DNA of 64,000 bases from the NCBI RefSeq assembly GCF_006345805.1, contig NW_021833043.1:1-64000 (forward strand), given 5' to 3'. The position numbers were made by a program, and so were the translations under genes. Under the pieces are notes generated by a model. It worked only from the letters and a program-made list of their open reading frames with translations, was not told the DNA's origin and made no database searches. Positions 15,020 through 27,523 of the stretch are shown here, piece by piece (the stretch's first letter is position 1; every line of letters begins with the position of its first letter). This DNA is from Octopus sinensis (taxonomy: Eukaryota).

Positions 15020-15385
15020 CAATTAATTTCAAATTTTGGCGCAAGGCCAGCAATTTTAGGGAAAGGGGTAAGTCGATTACATCGACACCAGTATATCACT
15101 GGTACTTAATTTATCGACCCCCAAAATGATGAAAGGCTAAGTCGATCTCAGCGGAATTTGAACTCAGAGCATAAAAACGAATTCTGTCAGCTCACCGCCT
15201 TAATAATAATGATAATAATAATGGTTTCAAATTTTGCCACAAGGGCAGCCATTTCCGGGGAGGGGATGAATTGATTACATCGACCCCAGTGCCTCACTGG
15301 TACTTGATTAATCGACCCCAAAAGGATGGAAGGTTAAGTTGACCTCTGAGGAATTTGAACTTAGAGCCTAAAGTTGAATTCTGCC

Positions 15386-15431
<46 letters not shown>

Positions 15432-15651
15432 CAATAAAAAATAACAATAACGAAAATAATAACAATAATAAAAATAATAATGATTTCTTCCATGTTTTAA
15501 TAATTAATATTTTCTTACAAAATAATAATAATATCAATAATGATAATAATTTTTTACTGTGTGTAAAATGGACAATTGACTTCAAGTGATTTCCTAACGA
15601 AATCAAAACAAAAAAAAAGAGAAAAATCAAAACAAAACAAAAAAAACAACA

Positions 15652-15697
<46 letters not shown>

Positions 15698-15964
15698 CAT
15701 AGGCACAATGCCAGAAATATGTTGAAAAGAGAGAGTGAGAGTGAAAGAAAGAGGGAAAGAGAGGGTATATCTGATTATGATTAATCCAACCCACCCACTC
15801 CCTCTCTCCCCAATTTATGACTGGTACATTATTTTTATCAACCTTACAGAAGAAAGAAAAGACAAAGTCAAACCCAGTGAGATTTAATAATAATAATAAT
15901 AATAATAATTATGACGAAACAATACTGAGAATGGAGGGGGGTTTATAAAACAACAACAAATAAC

Positions 15965-15996
<32 letters not shown>

Positions 15997-16424
15997 TAAT
16001 GGTTTCAAATTTTGGCACAAGGCCAGCAATTTTGAAGAAGGGGTAAGTCGATTATGTTGACTCATGTTCAACTGGTGCTTACTTTATCGACCCCGCAAAA
16101 GGATGAAAGAAAAAACAATGATAATAATAATAATAAGAAGATAATTTCATTGCACATCGAGAAAATAGTGTCTCTTAAGACAAAAATGGTAGAGGAATGC
16201 GAAGGGGGCACAAAAGGGGAATGGAGAAGAATGGGAAAAGAAATATAAAGATGAGAGAGAGAGAGAGAGAGGAGGGAGCTACACGATGAATTGCAGTAAA
16301 TGTTGTTGTTGAAAGGCTGAGTTGACCTTGGTGGGATTGGAACTCAGAAAGTAAAGAGCCGGAACAAATAAGCGCAAGGCATTTCTTTTTCTGATGCTCT
16401 AACAATTCTGCCAGTCCCCTGCCG

Positions 16425-16469
<45 letters not shown>

Positions 16470-16936
16470 GAGATGGTGATGATGATGGTTTTTGGTTTAG
16501 ACGCAAGGTCAGAAATTCAGGGACAGGGGAGAAGCTAAGTCGATTAAATGGAATCCAGTAGTTGACTGGTGCTTTTATTTTATCAAACCCTACAAGGATG
16601 AGCAATAATAATAATAATAATAATAATAATGATATTAATAATAACGATGATGATGATAATAAAAGCAACAACATTAACAAATAATGATTAAAAAAAGAGG
16701 ATTGATTGGTAGCGGGGGTGGGAGAGAAACAGTTCTTTTCTCTTTCTTTCGTTTTTTGTTTTTGTTTTAGCATAGGCGACAAGCCTTCACATTTCAAGAA
16801 TAAAAGAGTAAATAGAAGGAAAAAAAAAAACACATTCATGCATTTCCAAAAATTGGTTAGCGCCATAAGAAAAATAGTTCCAAGTGGAAACTCGTAAATC
16901 AATTTACTGCCACATCACAATATTGCCTACATTAGC

Positions 16937-16979
<43 letters not shown>

Positions 16980-17456
16980 TGGATAATTATAATTACTACC
17001 ATTTCAAATTTTGGCACAAGGCCAGCAATTTTAGGAAGGTGAGGGGCTTAAACAATTACATTAAGTCCAGCTCTTGGCTGGTACTTTATTTTATTGACCC
17101 TGAAAGGATGAAAGGCAAAGTTCAGCTCAGCAGCATTTGAGCTCAAAAAAGAAAATAGAAAAAAAAAAAACATAAAAAGCCAGAGGAAATGCTGCTAACC
17201 ATTTTGTCCAAAGTCTGTCAATTCACCACCTTGATTTAGCAATAATTCTCTCTACAATAGGCACGAGGCCTGAAATTTTGAGGGGAGGGGCTAGTTGATT
17301 ACAATGAACTTAATGCTCAGTTTGAAAGGATGAAAGCCAAAGATGACATTTGAACTCAGAAATGGAAACAACGAGAAAAATGCCATTGAGAATTTGGTCC
17401 AAAATGCTAACAAATTCTGCCAAATCGTTGCCTTAACAACAACAATAATAATAATG

Positions 17457-17498
<42 letters not shown>

Positions 17499-18150
17499 GT
17501 GGTTTCAAATTTTGCCACATGGCTTGCAATATCAAGGAAGGGGCAAGTTGATTATGTTGACTCCAGTGTTAAACTGGTGCTTATTTTATCGACTCTGAAA
17601 GAATGAGAGGCAATGTTGGCCTCCGCAGAATTTCAACTGAGACAGAGAAACTGTGAGAGAGAAATTGTTGCTAAGCATTTTGTTCAACAGGCTAACAATT
17701 CTGCCAGCTTGCCACTTTAATAATAATAATAAGGATAATAATAATAATAAGAGCTTTAGTATAGGCACAAAGCCATAAAATTTCCTTTTTTTATTTATTT
17801 TGAAAGGGAAGGAAGTGAGAGCAGTCAGTTGCCTCAAACCAGTATATGACTGGTACTTCATTTTATCAAACACAAAGAAAAAATGGGTGAGGGACAAATT
17901 TGACCTAGGCAGAGTTTGAACTCACAGAACATAAAACACCAGGGCAAATACGTCTGATGCTTTATCAATTCTGAAAATCCACTGCTTAACAAGTAATAAT
18001 AATAATAATATTGATAATAATAATTTCTAACAAACGGCCAGAAATTTGGGGAAAGATGAATAGATACATATATTGCCTCTACCCCCAATATTTAACTGGT
18101 ATCTTATTTTATCAATGGCAGGCAAAGTCAAGCTCTTGAACTCAGAGTTA
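15020..18150 (-). mobile_element. SINE family A head-to-tail cluster (about 11 copies separated by (AAT)n)
   Basis: Repeated ggtttcaaattttggcacaaggccagc or ctactataggcacaaggcctgaaattt ends, with the atttgaactcag B-box antisense. Confidence 0.85.
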
Positions 18151-18171
18151 CATAAAAGGGTGCAACTCTTA

Positions 18172-18438
18172 TGGTGTCAGATAAATTCATTCGTTTTTTC
18201 CTTTTCTTTTTTGTGTGTTTCTTTTTACCATTTGTTCTAATCTTTTTCAATGTTACTTGAATTAACATGGAACAAAATTTCATCAGTGTTTTATACGATT
18301 TTTTGTAGCTTTATTCTTCTTCTGCAACTTTAGTTGACCATTTATGAAATTTGAATAAATTTTACCTTTTTACAGACATACAATGATGGAATGTCAAATA
18401 GAAACAGAAAAAAGTAATCAATTTATCTGACAGCCCAA
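18172..18438. mobile_element. Mariner-like MITE
   Basis: Imperfect TIRs TA|tggtgtcagataaatt ... aatttatctgacagcccaa|TA (13-bp perfect core). Confidence 0.6.
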
Positions 18439-19130
18439 TAAATATCTTCATAACATTTTTTGTCCAATGCTCAAAGAGCAATTCCACCAATTTTCCAATA
18501 ACCTACCAATGGTGACCAAATATTCCATATTTTGACTTATTCACTAATTAGTCAATGAGTCAAACTTGGGGCACTTTTGGTAGGTGAAAAAAAGGTGAAT
18601 TGGATCCTCATCCTCATTTTCCATCAGCACCCACCACAAGGGGTTATCAATTCAAAGGAAAGGAGATAGTTTAATACAACATGAGGTTTTATATGGGGTA
18701 TCAAGGTGTTGGTCTTTAGGGTTTTTTTGTAAAATCCTACACCTTTAAAGCAATTATACCAATAAAAATAAAAACAATAATAATAATAATAATAATAATA
18801 ATAATCACAATTACAATGAATGAAATAAAACAAAATATATATGTGTATGTGTGTGTATGTACGCAAAATGTATATACATCAACATATCTGAGTTTGAGTA
18901 TGCAAGCACATATTATATATATGTATGCATGTGTATATATATATATATATATACATATTATGACAGTTAATTTGATGTATGTCTTCATGCATGCATGTGT
19001 ATGTTAATACTATACATATGTATGCATATAATATATATACCTAAGTTTACTTAGTGTATATATATTTCTGTCATACCTTTTTGACTTACAAACACGACAT
19101 ACAAATTATTCATACCATTATATATACATA

Positions 19131-19167
<37 letters not shown>

Positions 19168-19602
19168 TTATATACATATATGTTCATTATATCCACATTC
19201 ATACCAATACATCATCACACATTAACATGCACGCATGTTTGGATTGGGTATATGAATAAAGACTTGTTTAAGCACAGCTCGACATCAGAATAGTCAGTAA
19301 ACGCTCTAGTCACAAGTATTTAATCAAACATATTAGATGTGTGCTGCATGATTAAATAGATTTTGTTGACAGATTTATTGGCAAATATAAGGACATGTAT
19401 ATGCATATATATACACACACATATATATATTCATAATCATGTATGTGCATGTACATAGATACATACATTATATATATGTATGTATGTAAATATATGATGT
19501 GTGTACATATATACATATTATAAACATACCATATATATATATATATGTATGTATGTAAATATATGATGTGTGTATATATATACATATTATAAACATACCA
19601 TG

Positions 19603-19638
<36 letters not shown>

Positions 19639-20476
19639 TGTATGTATGCATGCATGTATGTGTCCATTTTACATCCATTTTTCCATGCTTAGTCCTACCA
19701 CACAGTCATATACACACACCTGTATATGGCCACATATGTATAATATTTAAATTGCAATAACAGTTGTTGTTAGAATAACAAAACCATATGTTCTTCCTTG
19801 GCAAAATTTTGACCAATCGTAACAACTGATTTATGACTGCTCACTCTATCTTTGCTTTGCTTCCTGTAATTCTTTTCCCTATTCTTCCGAAGAGTAGCCA
19901 TTTTTTTAAAGTCAGTTTTTTTAAAATCCAAGTTTTAAAATGGCAACTGGCAAAAAAACAACTTTTTTAAAAAACAATCATTCATGCCATGTGATGATAT
20001 ACCTGTGCATGTATTTGTCTACCGATGTATGTTTGTGTGCTTAAATATACAAGAATTTTTATTTCTATGTGCTTATATACATACACAAATATGCAATAGT
20101 GTGTGTGTGTGTGTGTGTGTGTGTATCTGTGTGTCTTAGTGCATATATGTACATATGCTTGCACACACAGACACATACTGACACACACACATAAATATAT
20201 ATCATAAATACAGAGAGAGAAAAACATATCTTTAATTGTAGAATTCACCTTACAAAGCCAACAATTGTTTCTCTTGTATCTGTATTTTTCTTGTTTAGTA
20301 CTCTGAATTTCTCAAAATTCTTCTAAATGATATTTGAATCTACTTGTCACACACGAGGAATTACCTTGGATATTTAGTTACTAGTGTCTGAATGTTTGAT
20401 AAAATTAAATTTGTTTAAAACTAAGTGCTTTATTGATATCTGCCTGGACTTGAATTTTTAATCCTTTTTTACTTCT

Positions 20477-20499
<23 letters not shown>

Positions 20500-20507
<8 letters not shown>

Positions 20508-20718
20508 GTAGGGATAAGGAAGTTAGACAGGTCAATATATAAAATATATTATATATATGAAATACAAAAAATGTATATATAAAAAGGTTCGACTCACACA
20601 CAATACAAATGATATAGAGAGTTAGGCCTTTTTATATGTATACATATAAACATAGTTTCATGTATTTTATATAACTTAAATATTGATCTGTCTAACTTGC
20701 TCAACCCTACATTTATTT
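20500..20718. mobile_element. Short element with ~38-bp imperfect terminal inverted repeats, next to (TA)n
   Basis: aataaatgtagggataaggaagttagacaggtcaatat ... atattgatctgtctaacttgctcaaccctacatttatt. Confidence 0.7.
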
Positions 20719-22899
20719 TTGTACCTGCTCAAGTTTAAAACTATTGAGTATTACAAAGTGTCTTCTACATGGAGAATATCTGATTCTCATCTATGAACTA
20801 TATATACACGTGTAAATGATATGTTTGGGTATGATTCTAAGGGTAAAAGAAGCAATAATCTGTTGAATGCATACTATTTGTGGGGTCAAGTTTACAAAGC
20901 CTACGCCAACTATGTAAGCTGAGGAGTGGAGGTAGGTGTACTAAAAAAGCCGTTTTGTGAACACTGGCATTGGATTAAAGTAGGTGTCCAAGTGGATGAC
21001 CGAATTACTCAGTAGACGCAAACAGCAGGTTGACCACCCTTTACCACTCTTCATGTCCTCTCAGAATGCTAGGCAGCCACTGGGATTGTTTGTATCAAAT
21101 CATACCATGGCTTTCGATGGTATGGTACAGAAGGTATTTGTATATGTGAGAATGTATGAAAATATACATAGATGTATGCGTGAGTGTGTGTATATATATA
21201 CATACATACGTATATGTATATACATACATATATATATATGAATAACAATATACACATATACACACACAGGCATGTATGCATGTGTGTGTGTGTATGTATA
21301 TATATATATATATATTCACATACACATAGATGTATATATATACATGCAAACATATACATTGATATAAGCACAGACATTTACATATATATATATTATACAA
21401 ATATATATATATATAAATATATAGCAAATATGTTTGGTTCAGAGTGTACATGGCTTGAAAAAACTCCTGTCAACCAATGTCATGTTGTGTTGCTCCTAAA
21501 TTCTAACATTCTAAAGCTTTGACAGGTGAAGGACTAAGGAGTCAGGTGTTGTGTATTAATACATCTTACACAAGGCATTTAGTGAAGGAGACTGATTTCT
21601 CCAGCAGCCTTTAGACGAGTGTGGTTATGTGCTTGTGTCTATGCAGGTAATGGGCTTGGAACAAGTAATGGTGGGGGGAGGTGAAAGTGAGGGTGGAGAA
21701 AGAATTAGGGTACTGTGAGGGAGGGGATTTGTTGGGGGGCAAGTGATAATTGTAGGAATAGATTTCGTGGTATACATACACACATACAAATATATATATA
21801 CATACATGGACATACATGTATATACTTATATATATATATACATACACACACATATATGTATATATATACACACATATGCATACATATATACATACATATA
21901 TGTGTGTATATAAATATATATATGTACATATATAACACATGCATACACATATACATACATATGTATATATATACACACATATACTTATATATATATATAT
22001 ATACATACGTATATCTGTATATATGTGCACATGCTTAGACATACTCAAAATTACATATCAATATATATAATCAAAATATTGATTTCATAGAAAGATACTT
22101 AAATGGATGGATACAAAAATACATACATACATACATACACACACATACACATGCACACACATATATATATACATATATATATATATCAAGCATAGACGGA
22201 TTGTCAGACAATCAATCAGACACTTTTATGCAATGCAAACAATCAATCGTGCAAACAGGAATTAGCTGTTATTGAGTCCGATGAGCTCTTTCAATCATCG
22301 TTTAAAAAAAGAAAATAAAAAATAATCATAATAATAATATTAATAATAATTTTAAAAAAACATTTTTAAAATGAGAAATATTTTAAATGAGAAATTTAAT
22401 TCCCCATTTAAACAGTGAGGGAAGACCACAAAGAGTGACAGAGATATCACCCATGGCGTATAAACTCATACACAAATGTGTGTGTATACATATATATATA
22501 TATAATATTTGTAATGTCTGTGTGTGTGTGTGTGTTTGGATCAAAAGAATGTGACTCAAATTCCTTGGCACTCCAAGTTTCAAAGTGTGAAGCTAATCCT
22601 TACCCATTGTAAATCTGAAATTTGAATTTCCAAAAGCTGAGGATTAGTATCACACTTTGAAACTCTGAGTACCAAGGAATCTGAATCAAACTGTTTTGAT
22701 CCACCATGCATGTAACTCCTAATAAATGTGGAGTGTCCTACTTTTGTTTGTCCACTCACTCATGTGTGTGTATATATATATATATATATATTGAGACATC
22801 AACAAAATATACAAGAAAATTTCAAGAAAATATAGAGAAAAATACATAACAAAAAAGAATAGGAATTTGATTTTTAAAAAGAATTAATCAAAACACGCA

Positions 22900-23673
22900 A
22901 AAAATCCGATTTTTTTTCAATTTCATTTGACATCATCATCAAGAGTAACTAACAATAACAGTAGTAGTAGTAGTAATAATAATAATAATAGTTGTAATAA
23001 TAGTAATAGTAGTAGAAATTACTAATCAGGGTAGTGATGCTGGTGGTGGTGGATATGCTGGTGGTTGTGGTGTTTGTGGTGGTAGTGGTGGTGTTGGTGG
23101 TGGTAGTGGTTGTTGTGGTAGTGGGAGTGGTGTGGTGGTGGTAATGGTGGTGCTTTTCGTCGTCATGGGTGGACGGTGGCTTTGCGAAGGTGGCAGAAGG
23201 AGAAACAGGAGACAGGTGGGTGCATGTGTATGTGTTTGCATGCATGTATGTGTACGTGTATGTCTGTGTATGTGTGCACTCATGTGCATGTGTGTGTGTG
23301 GGCACATATGTCGTAGGCTGGAGGAATCTCTCACCAACATCATCACTACTACTTCTACTACTATTACTACTACCACAACCATCATAACCACTACCACCAC
23401 TTCCCCAACCACTACCACCACCACCACCACCACTACTACCACCACTACCACCACTACTACCAACATCCACCACCACTAACACTGCAGCTGCCATCGCTCA
23501 CACTGCCACCACCTCCACAACCACCGCTACCAACACTACCACCACTACCACCACCTTCATCTCTTCTTCCCCTCCTCCCTCACCTCCTCTTCCTCCTCCT
23601 CCGTAAAATCCCCACCCCTCCTGTTCTCCTTCTTCTCTCGCTCTGCCACTGTTGTTGTCGCTGCTGCTGCTGC
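22900..23673 (-). other. Proximal 3' UTR of endophilin-A (distal end unknown)
   Basis: Directly follows the TGA at 23674. Made of (GCA)n, (GAG)n, (GGT/AGT)n and (CA)n low-complexity tracts. I could not assign a poly(A) site, so the lower coordinate is arbitrary. Confidence 0.5.
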
Positions 23674-23867
23674 TCAGTCGACATCGACGATGACCTCGAC
23701 ATAATTTACTGGGAAGTACCCAGTCTGGCCTCGGATGCTACCTTCAAACCAGTTGTCATCTACTTTCTGTATTAGGTCGATGATGTCCCCTTCGGAGAAT
23801 CCCAGCTCGCCTTCATTCTCTGGCTCAAAGTCGTACATTGCCTTGCAGCATGGCTTCGGCTTGGTCA
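23674..23867 (-). CDS. endoA: Endophilin-A, terminal coding exon (SH3 domain + stop)
   Basis: Acceptor cgttgttttccAG; phase 1 (G|TG). Reads (V)[63 protein letters not shown], closely matching the endophilin-A SH3 (human SH3GL2 [25 protein letters not shown]...NWYEG...GFFPINYVE). 194 nt = 2 + 64 codons including TGA. Confidence 0.97.
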
Positions 23868-23929
23868 CTGGAAAACAACGAAACAAACAGAGTGTAAAGG
23901 CAAGAGTCGGATGTGTGAGTGTTGTGTGT

Positions 23930-24900
23930 ATGTGTGTGTGTGTGATACAATAAGTGAGTGATGTAGTGACAGAGTGATGTTGTGAGTGTGTATGAATGAG
24001 TGTTTGAGTGATGGAGTGAGTGAGTGAAGAGTGTGATTGCTTGACAGGTGAGTGATACAATGAGTGAGCGACAGAATGAGTGAGTGAGTGAAGAGTGTGA
24101 TTGATTGACCGGCGAGTGATACAATGAGTGAGTGACAGAGTGAATGAGTGTGTGAGTGAGGGAGTGAGGGAGCAAAGAGTGTGATTGATTGACAAATGAG
24201 TGATACACTGAGTGAGCAATGTAGTGAGTGTGAGTGAATGAGTGTGTGAGTGATGGAGTGAGGGAGTGAAGTGTTGTTGATTGATAGATGAGTGATACAA
24301 GTGAATGATACAATGAGTGAGTGACAGAATGAGTGAGTTAGTGATGTAGTGAGTGTGAGTGAAGGAGTGAGTGAAGAGTGATTGATTGATAGATGAGCAA
24401 AACAAGTGAGTGATACAATGAGTGAATGACAGAATGAGTGATTGATTGATGTAGTGAGTGTGAGTGTATGAGTAATAGAGTGTAAGAGTGGGTGAATGTG
24501 TGAGTGGGTGGGTGAGTCAGTGAAAGATAGACTGAAGTGAGTGATGGAGAATGAGAGTGATGAAAGATGCTTGAAACAGACACCATTATGGATATGAGAG
24601 TGGGAGTGAAGGTGGTAGTGGTGGTGGGAGAGATAGGGTGAGAAACTAAGTGAATGGTAGAGTGAGAGGTAGAGAGAAGAACAGAATACTAGAGCAAGAG
24701 AAAGAGTGGGAGATTGAGACAAACATAGAGAGGAAGGTAGAGTGAAGGGCAGAGGAGAGTGAGTGAAAGACAAAGTATAAGACGGAAAGACCTAGAGTGA
24801 GTATGAGATAGAGTGGATTGACCGAGTGTGAGGTTGAGTGAAATGGCTGAGTACAAGATGGAATGGAATGACTGAGTGTGCGGCTGAGTGTAACACTTAA
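23930..24900. repeat. Degenerate (GAGT)n-based array with a higher-order unit (gagtgatacaatgagtgag...gtgtgattgattgac)
   Basis: Visible recurring motifs immediately upstream of the SH3 exon acceptor. Confidence 0.85.
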
Positions 24901-25079
24901 GTGCAAGACTGAGCACCTTGGTGATAAGAACAGCATCTGGCCACAGAAAACCTTATAAAAATGGGGGCGTTGACGCTCAATGCAGTCCTCGGGCTTGCTG
25001 CACTCATGATCACATAGGTTAGATAGATGTTAAATGATATAATTATATATCTGTCCAACCCATGGAAAATAGACATTAA

Positions 25080-25111
<32 letters not shown>

Positions 25112-25344
25112 ATATATATATATCCGAGTTTATATGACTGTGTATGGAAGAATATATTACCCAATGAAATTCCAACTTAGTCTCATTTTTACGTTTTATT
25201 ATTTACAGTTTTTACAATTTTACAATATAATAATAGAGTATTATATATCTATCGTCATAAAACTAGTACTTTCCATGCATTATGCAATCATCAGGTTTAT
25301 GTAGCAGTAGTCATAGTAGTGACAGTTAAGTTCCACAATTGACA

Positions 25345-25680
25345 TCATCATCATCATCATCATCGTTTAACGTCCGTTTTCCATGCTGGCATGGGTTGGA
25401 CGGTTCGACTGGGGCTTGGGAAGCCAGGAGGTTGCACCAGGCTCCAGTCTGATCTGGCAGTGTTTCAACAGCTGGATGCCCTTCCTGACACCAACCACTC
25501 CAAGAGTGTAGTGGGTGATTTTTTTACGTGCCACTGGCACAGGGGCCAGACAGGGCTGGGCATTAGCCATGTTTGGATGTTGCTTTTTACGTGCCACCAG
25601 CACAGGAGCCAGTCAGGGCGAGGGGACTGGCAATGACCACATTTGGATGGTGCTTGTTACATGCCACTAGCACGGGGGAC
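25345..25680 (-). mobile_element. Interspersed repeat family D with (GAT)n tail
   Basis: catcatcgtttaacgtccgttttccatgctggcatgggttggacgg...cagctggatgccctt. Related fragments lie near 13370, 25040, 28130, 28810, 38760, 52445, 61660-61860, 61980-62120 and 63230, in both orientations. Confidence 0.75.
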
Positions 25681-25683
25681 ATA

Positions 25684-25761
<78 letters not shown>

Positions 25762-25850
25762 TATTAGACACACACACATGTGCATAGATGTACATATTCA
25801 TATGTACAAGAATACATATATACAATTGTATATGCTCACTTGTGTGTTCA

Positions 25851-25891
<41 letters not shown>

Positions 25892-26113
25892 CATATACAA
25901 TATGTATATATATATACATATACATATATATAGCATGGTTCTGGGTTCATTCCCACTGTGTGACACCTTGGGCAAGTGTCTTGTACTATAGCCTCAGGCT
26001 CACCAAAGCATTGTGAGTGGATTTGGTAGACAGAAACTGAAAGAAGCCTGTCGTATATATGTATATATATATATATATATATCTATACAATATGTTACAT
26101 TACTCGGTAGTCA

Positions 26114-26176
26114 AGATAAAACTCTGAGTTTCAGATGCCGAAGTGGAAATCCACAACACCATCTCTTCGGTTATCT
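26114..26176 (-). ncRNA. Mirror copy of the hammerhead-like motif, left arm of palindrome (sense to endophilin)
   Basis: Exact reverse complement of 26191-26253. Confidence 0.45.
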
Positions 26177-26190
26177 GGCTATTTATAGCC

Positions 26191-26253
26191 AGATAACCGA
26201 AGAGATGGTGTTGTGGATTTCCACTTCGGCATCTGAAACTCAGAGTTTTATCT
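26191..26253 (+). ncRNA. Hammerhead-like motif, core variant, right arm of palindrome
   Basis: AGATAA-CCGAAGA-GATG...CATC-T-GAAA-CTC-A-GAG-TT-TTATCT. Stem I is 6 bp and stem II is 4 bp. There is one extra T before GAAA, a U4-to-C change and a GUU triplet. Confidence 0.45.
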
Positions 26254-26349
26254 TGACTACCGAGTAATGTAACATATTGTATAGATAAATTTCCTCTATT
26301 TACATAATATTGAGGTCTCTTTCTTTCTTTTGTTATCTTACCGTTTTAT

Positions 26350-26416
<67 letters not shown>

Positions 26417-26764
26417 ATGTGTGTGTATATGTTTGTGCGTCTGTGTTTGTCCCCCCCAACATCGACTGACAACCAATGGTGGTGTGTTTACATCCCCGTA
26501 ACTTAGCGGTTCAGCAAACGAGACTAATAGAATAAGTACTAGGCTTCCAAAGAATAAGTCCTGGGGCCGATTTGCTCGACGAAAGGCAGTACTCCAGCAT
26601 GGCCACAGTCAAATGACTGAAACAAGTAAAAGAGATATACATATATACAATTGTATTCATGCACGTGTATGCCATATCGCTCAGTGGATAGAATGTCAAG
26701 CTTACAATTATGAGGTAGCGAGTTCGATTCCTGGAATGCACATACATATTCAGTTTGCACTTAC

Positions 26765-26940
26765 CTGATTCGCCTAGAGAAGCTGTGCTAGGGAAGTTGT
26801 AACCACCACCCGAGCTGCTGGATGTAGCATCTCCGAAACCGTCATCATCGTTGAACGGAGATGGGGAGGCACTCCGACGGAAGGAAGTTACACGTTTTAC
26901 AACATGGTCAGATTTTGGACGACTGACAGCATCTTCCCTC
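26765..26940 (-). CDS. endoA: Endophilin-A, BAR-SH3 linker exon
   Basis: Acceptor (tta)n-tttctttacAG, donor GTaagt. 176 nt, phase 2 to phase 1, fits both neighbouring exons. Reads (K)REDAVSRPKSDHVVKRVTSFRRSASPSPFNDDDGFGDATSSSSGGGYNFPSTASLGES(V). Confidence 0.92.
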
Positions 26941-26949
26941 CTGTAAAGA

Positions 26950-26979
<30 letters not shown>

Positions 26980-26983
<4 letters not shown>

Positions 26984-27480
26984 GTTTCAAGTTTTGGCAC
27001 AATGCCAGCAGGTTTGGGCAAGGGGTAAGTCAATTACATTGACCCCAGTGTTCGACTGGTATTTATTTTATTGACCCCGAAAGGATGAAAAGCAAAGTCA
27101 ACTTCAGTGGAATTTGAACTCAGAACATAGTGATGAGTAAAAACACTGCTAAGCATTTTGTCCAGCATTCTAACAATTCTGCCAGCTTGCCACCTTATAT
27201 TATAATAATAATAATAATAATAATAACAATAATAATAATAATAATGATAATAACAATAATCCTTTCTACTAAAGGCACAAGGCCTGAAATTTGTGGGGAG
27301 GTGGATAGTCAATCATATTGACCCCATCACTTGACTTGTATTTAATTTATCGACCCCAAAAGGATGAAACGCAACGTCTACCTCGGTAACATTTCAACTC
27401 AGAAAATACAGACAGACAAAATACTATCGATACTAGACATTCTGCCGTCATGTTAATGATTCTGCCAGCTCACTGCCTTA
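26980..27480 (-). mobile_element. SINE family A, 2 tandem copies just upstream of the linker-exon acceptor
   Basis: Same consensus. The (ATT)n tail of the first copy runs into the acceptor's pyrimidine tract. Confidence 0.85.

Positions 27481-27522
<42 letters not shown>

Positions 27523-27523
<1 letters not shown>

Larger units (their letters stand above)
26080..26287. repeat. Perfect inverted repeat: two 103-bp arms with a 2-nt (TT) centre
   Basis: 26080-26182 is the reverse complement of 26185-26287 (tatctatacaatatgttacattactcggtagtcaag...ttatctggctat TT atagccagataa...cttgactaccgagtaatgtaacatattgtatagata). Confidence 0.97.
26080..26352 (-). mobile_element. Short (TA)n-flanked element with an inverted HHR-bearing duplication; putative non-autonomous Penelope-like derivative
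   Basis: Flanked by (TA)n on both sides. Its head (minus strand: aacaaaagaaagaaagagacctcaatattatgtaaatagagga) matches the head of the element at 52236-52415. The PLE assignment is inference from the HHR and the inverted structure; no RT ORF is present. Confidence 0.55.
25935..26636 (+). mobile_element. SINE family C copy interrupted by the palindromic HHR element in its (TA)n
   Basis: The 5' part (25935-26055) and 3' part (26440-26636) match 29551-30021. Confidence 0.88.

Noticed and set aside
19440-19620. Local tandem duplications within TA/CA fields (also 3225-3365, 11420-11500, 53860-54075)
   Set aside because: Ordinary slippage products of microsatellites.
23868-24405. 243-aa ORF as a single-exon SH3 protein
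   Set aside because: Only the last 65 aa are real. A canonical acceptor at 23868-23869 joins them in phase to the upstream endophilin exons.
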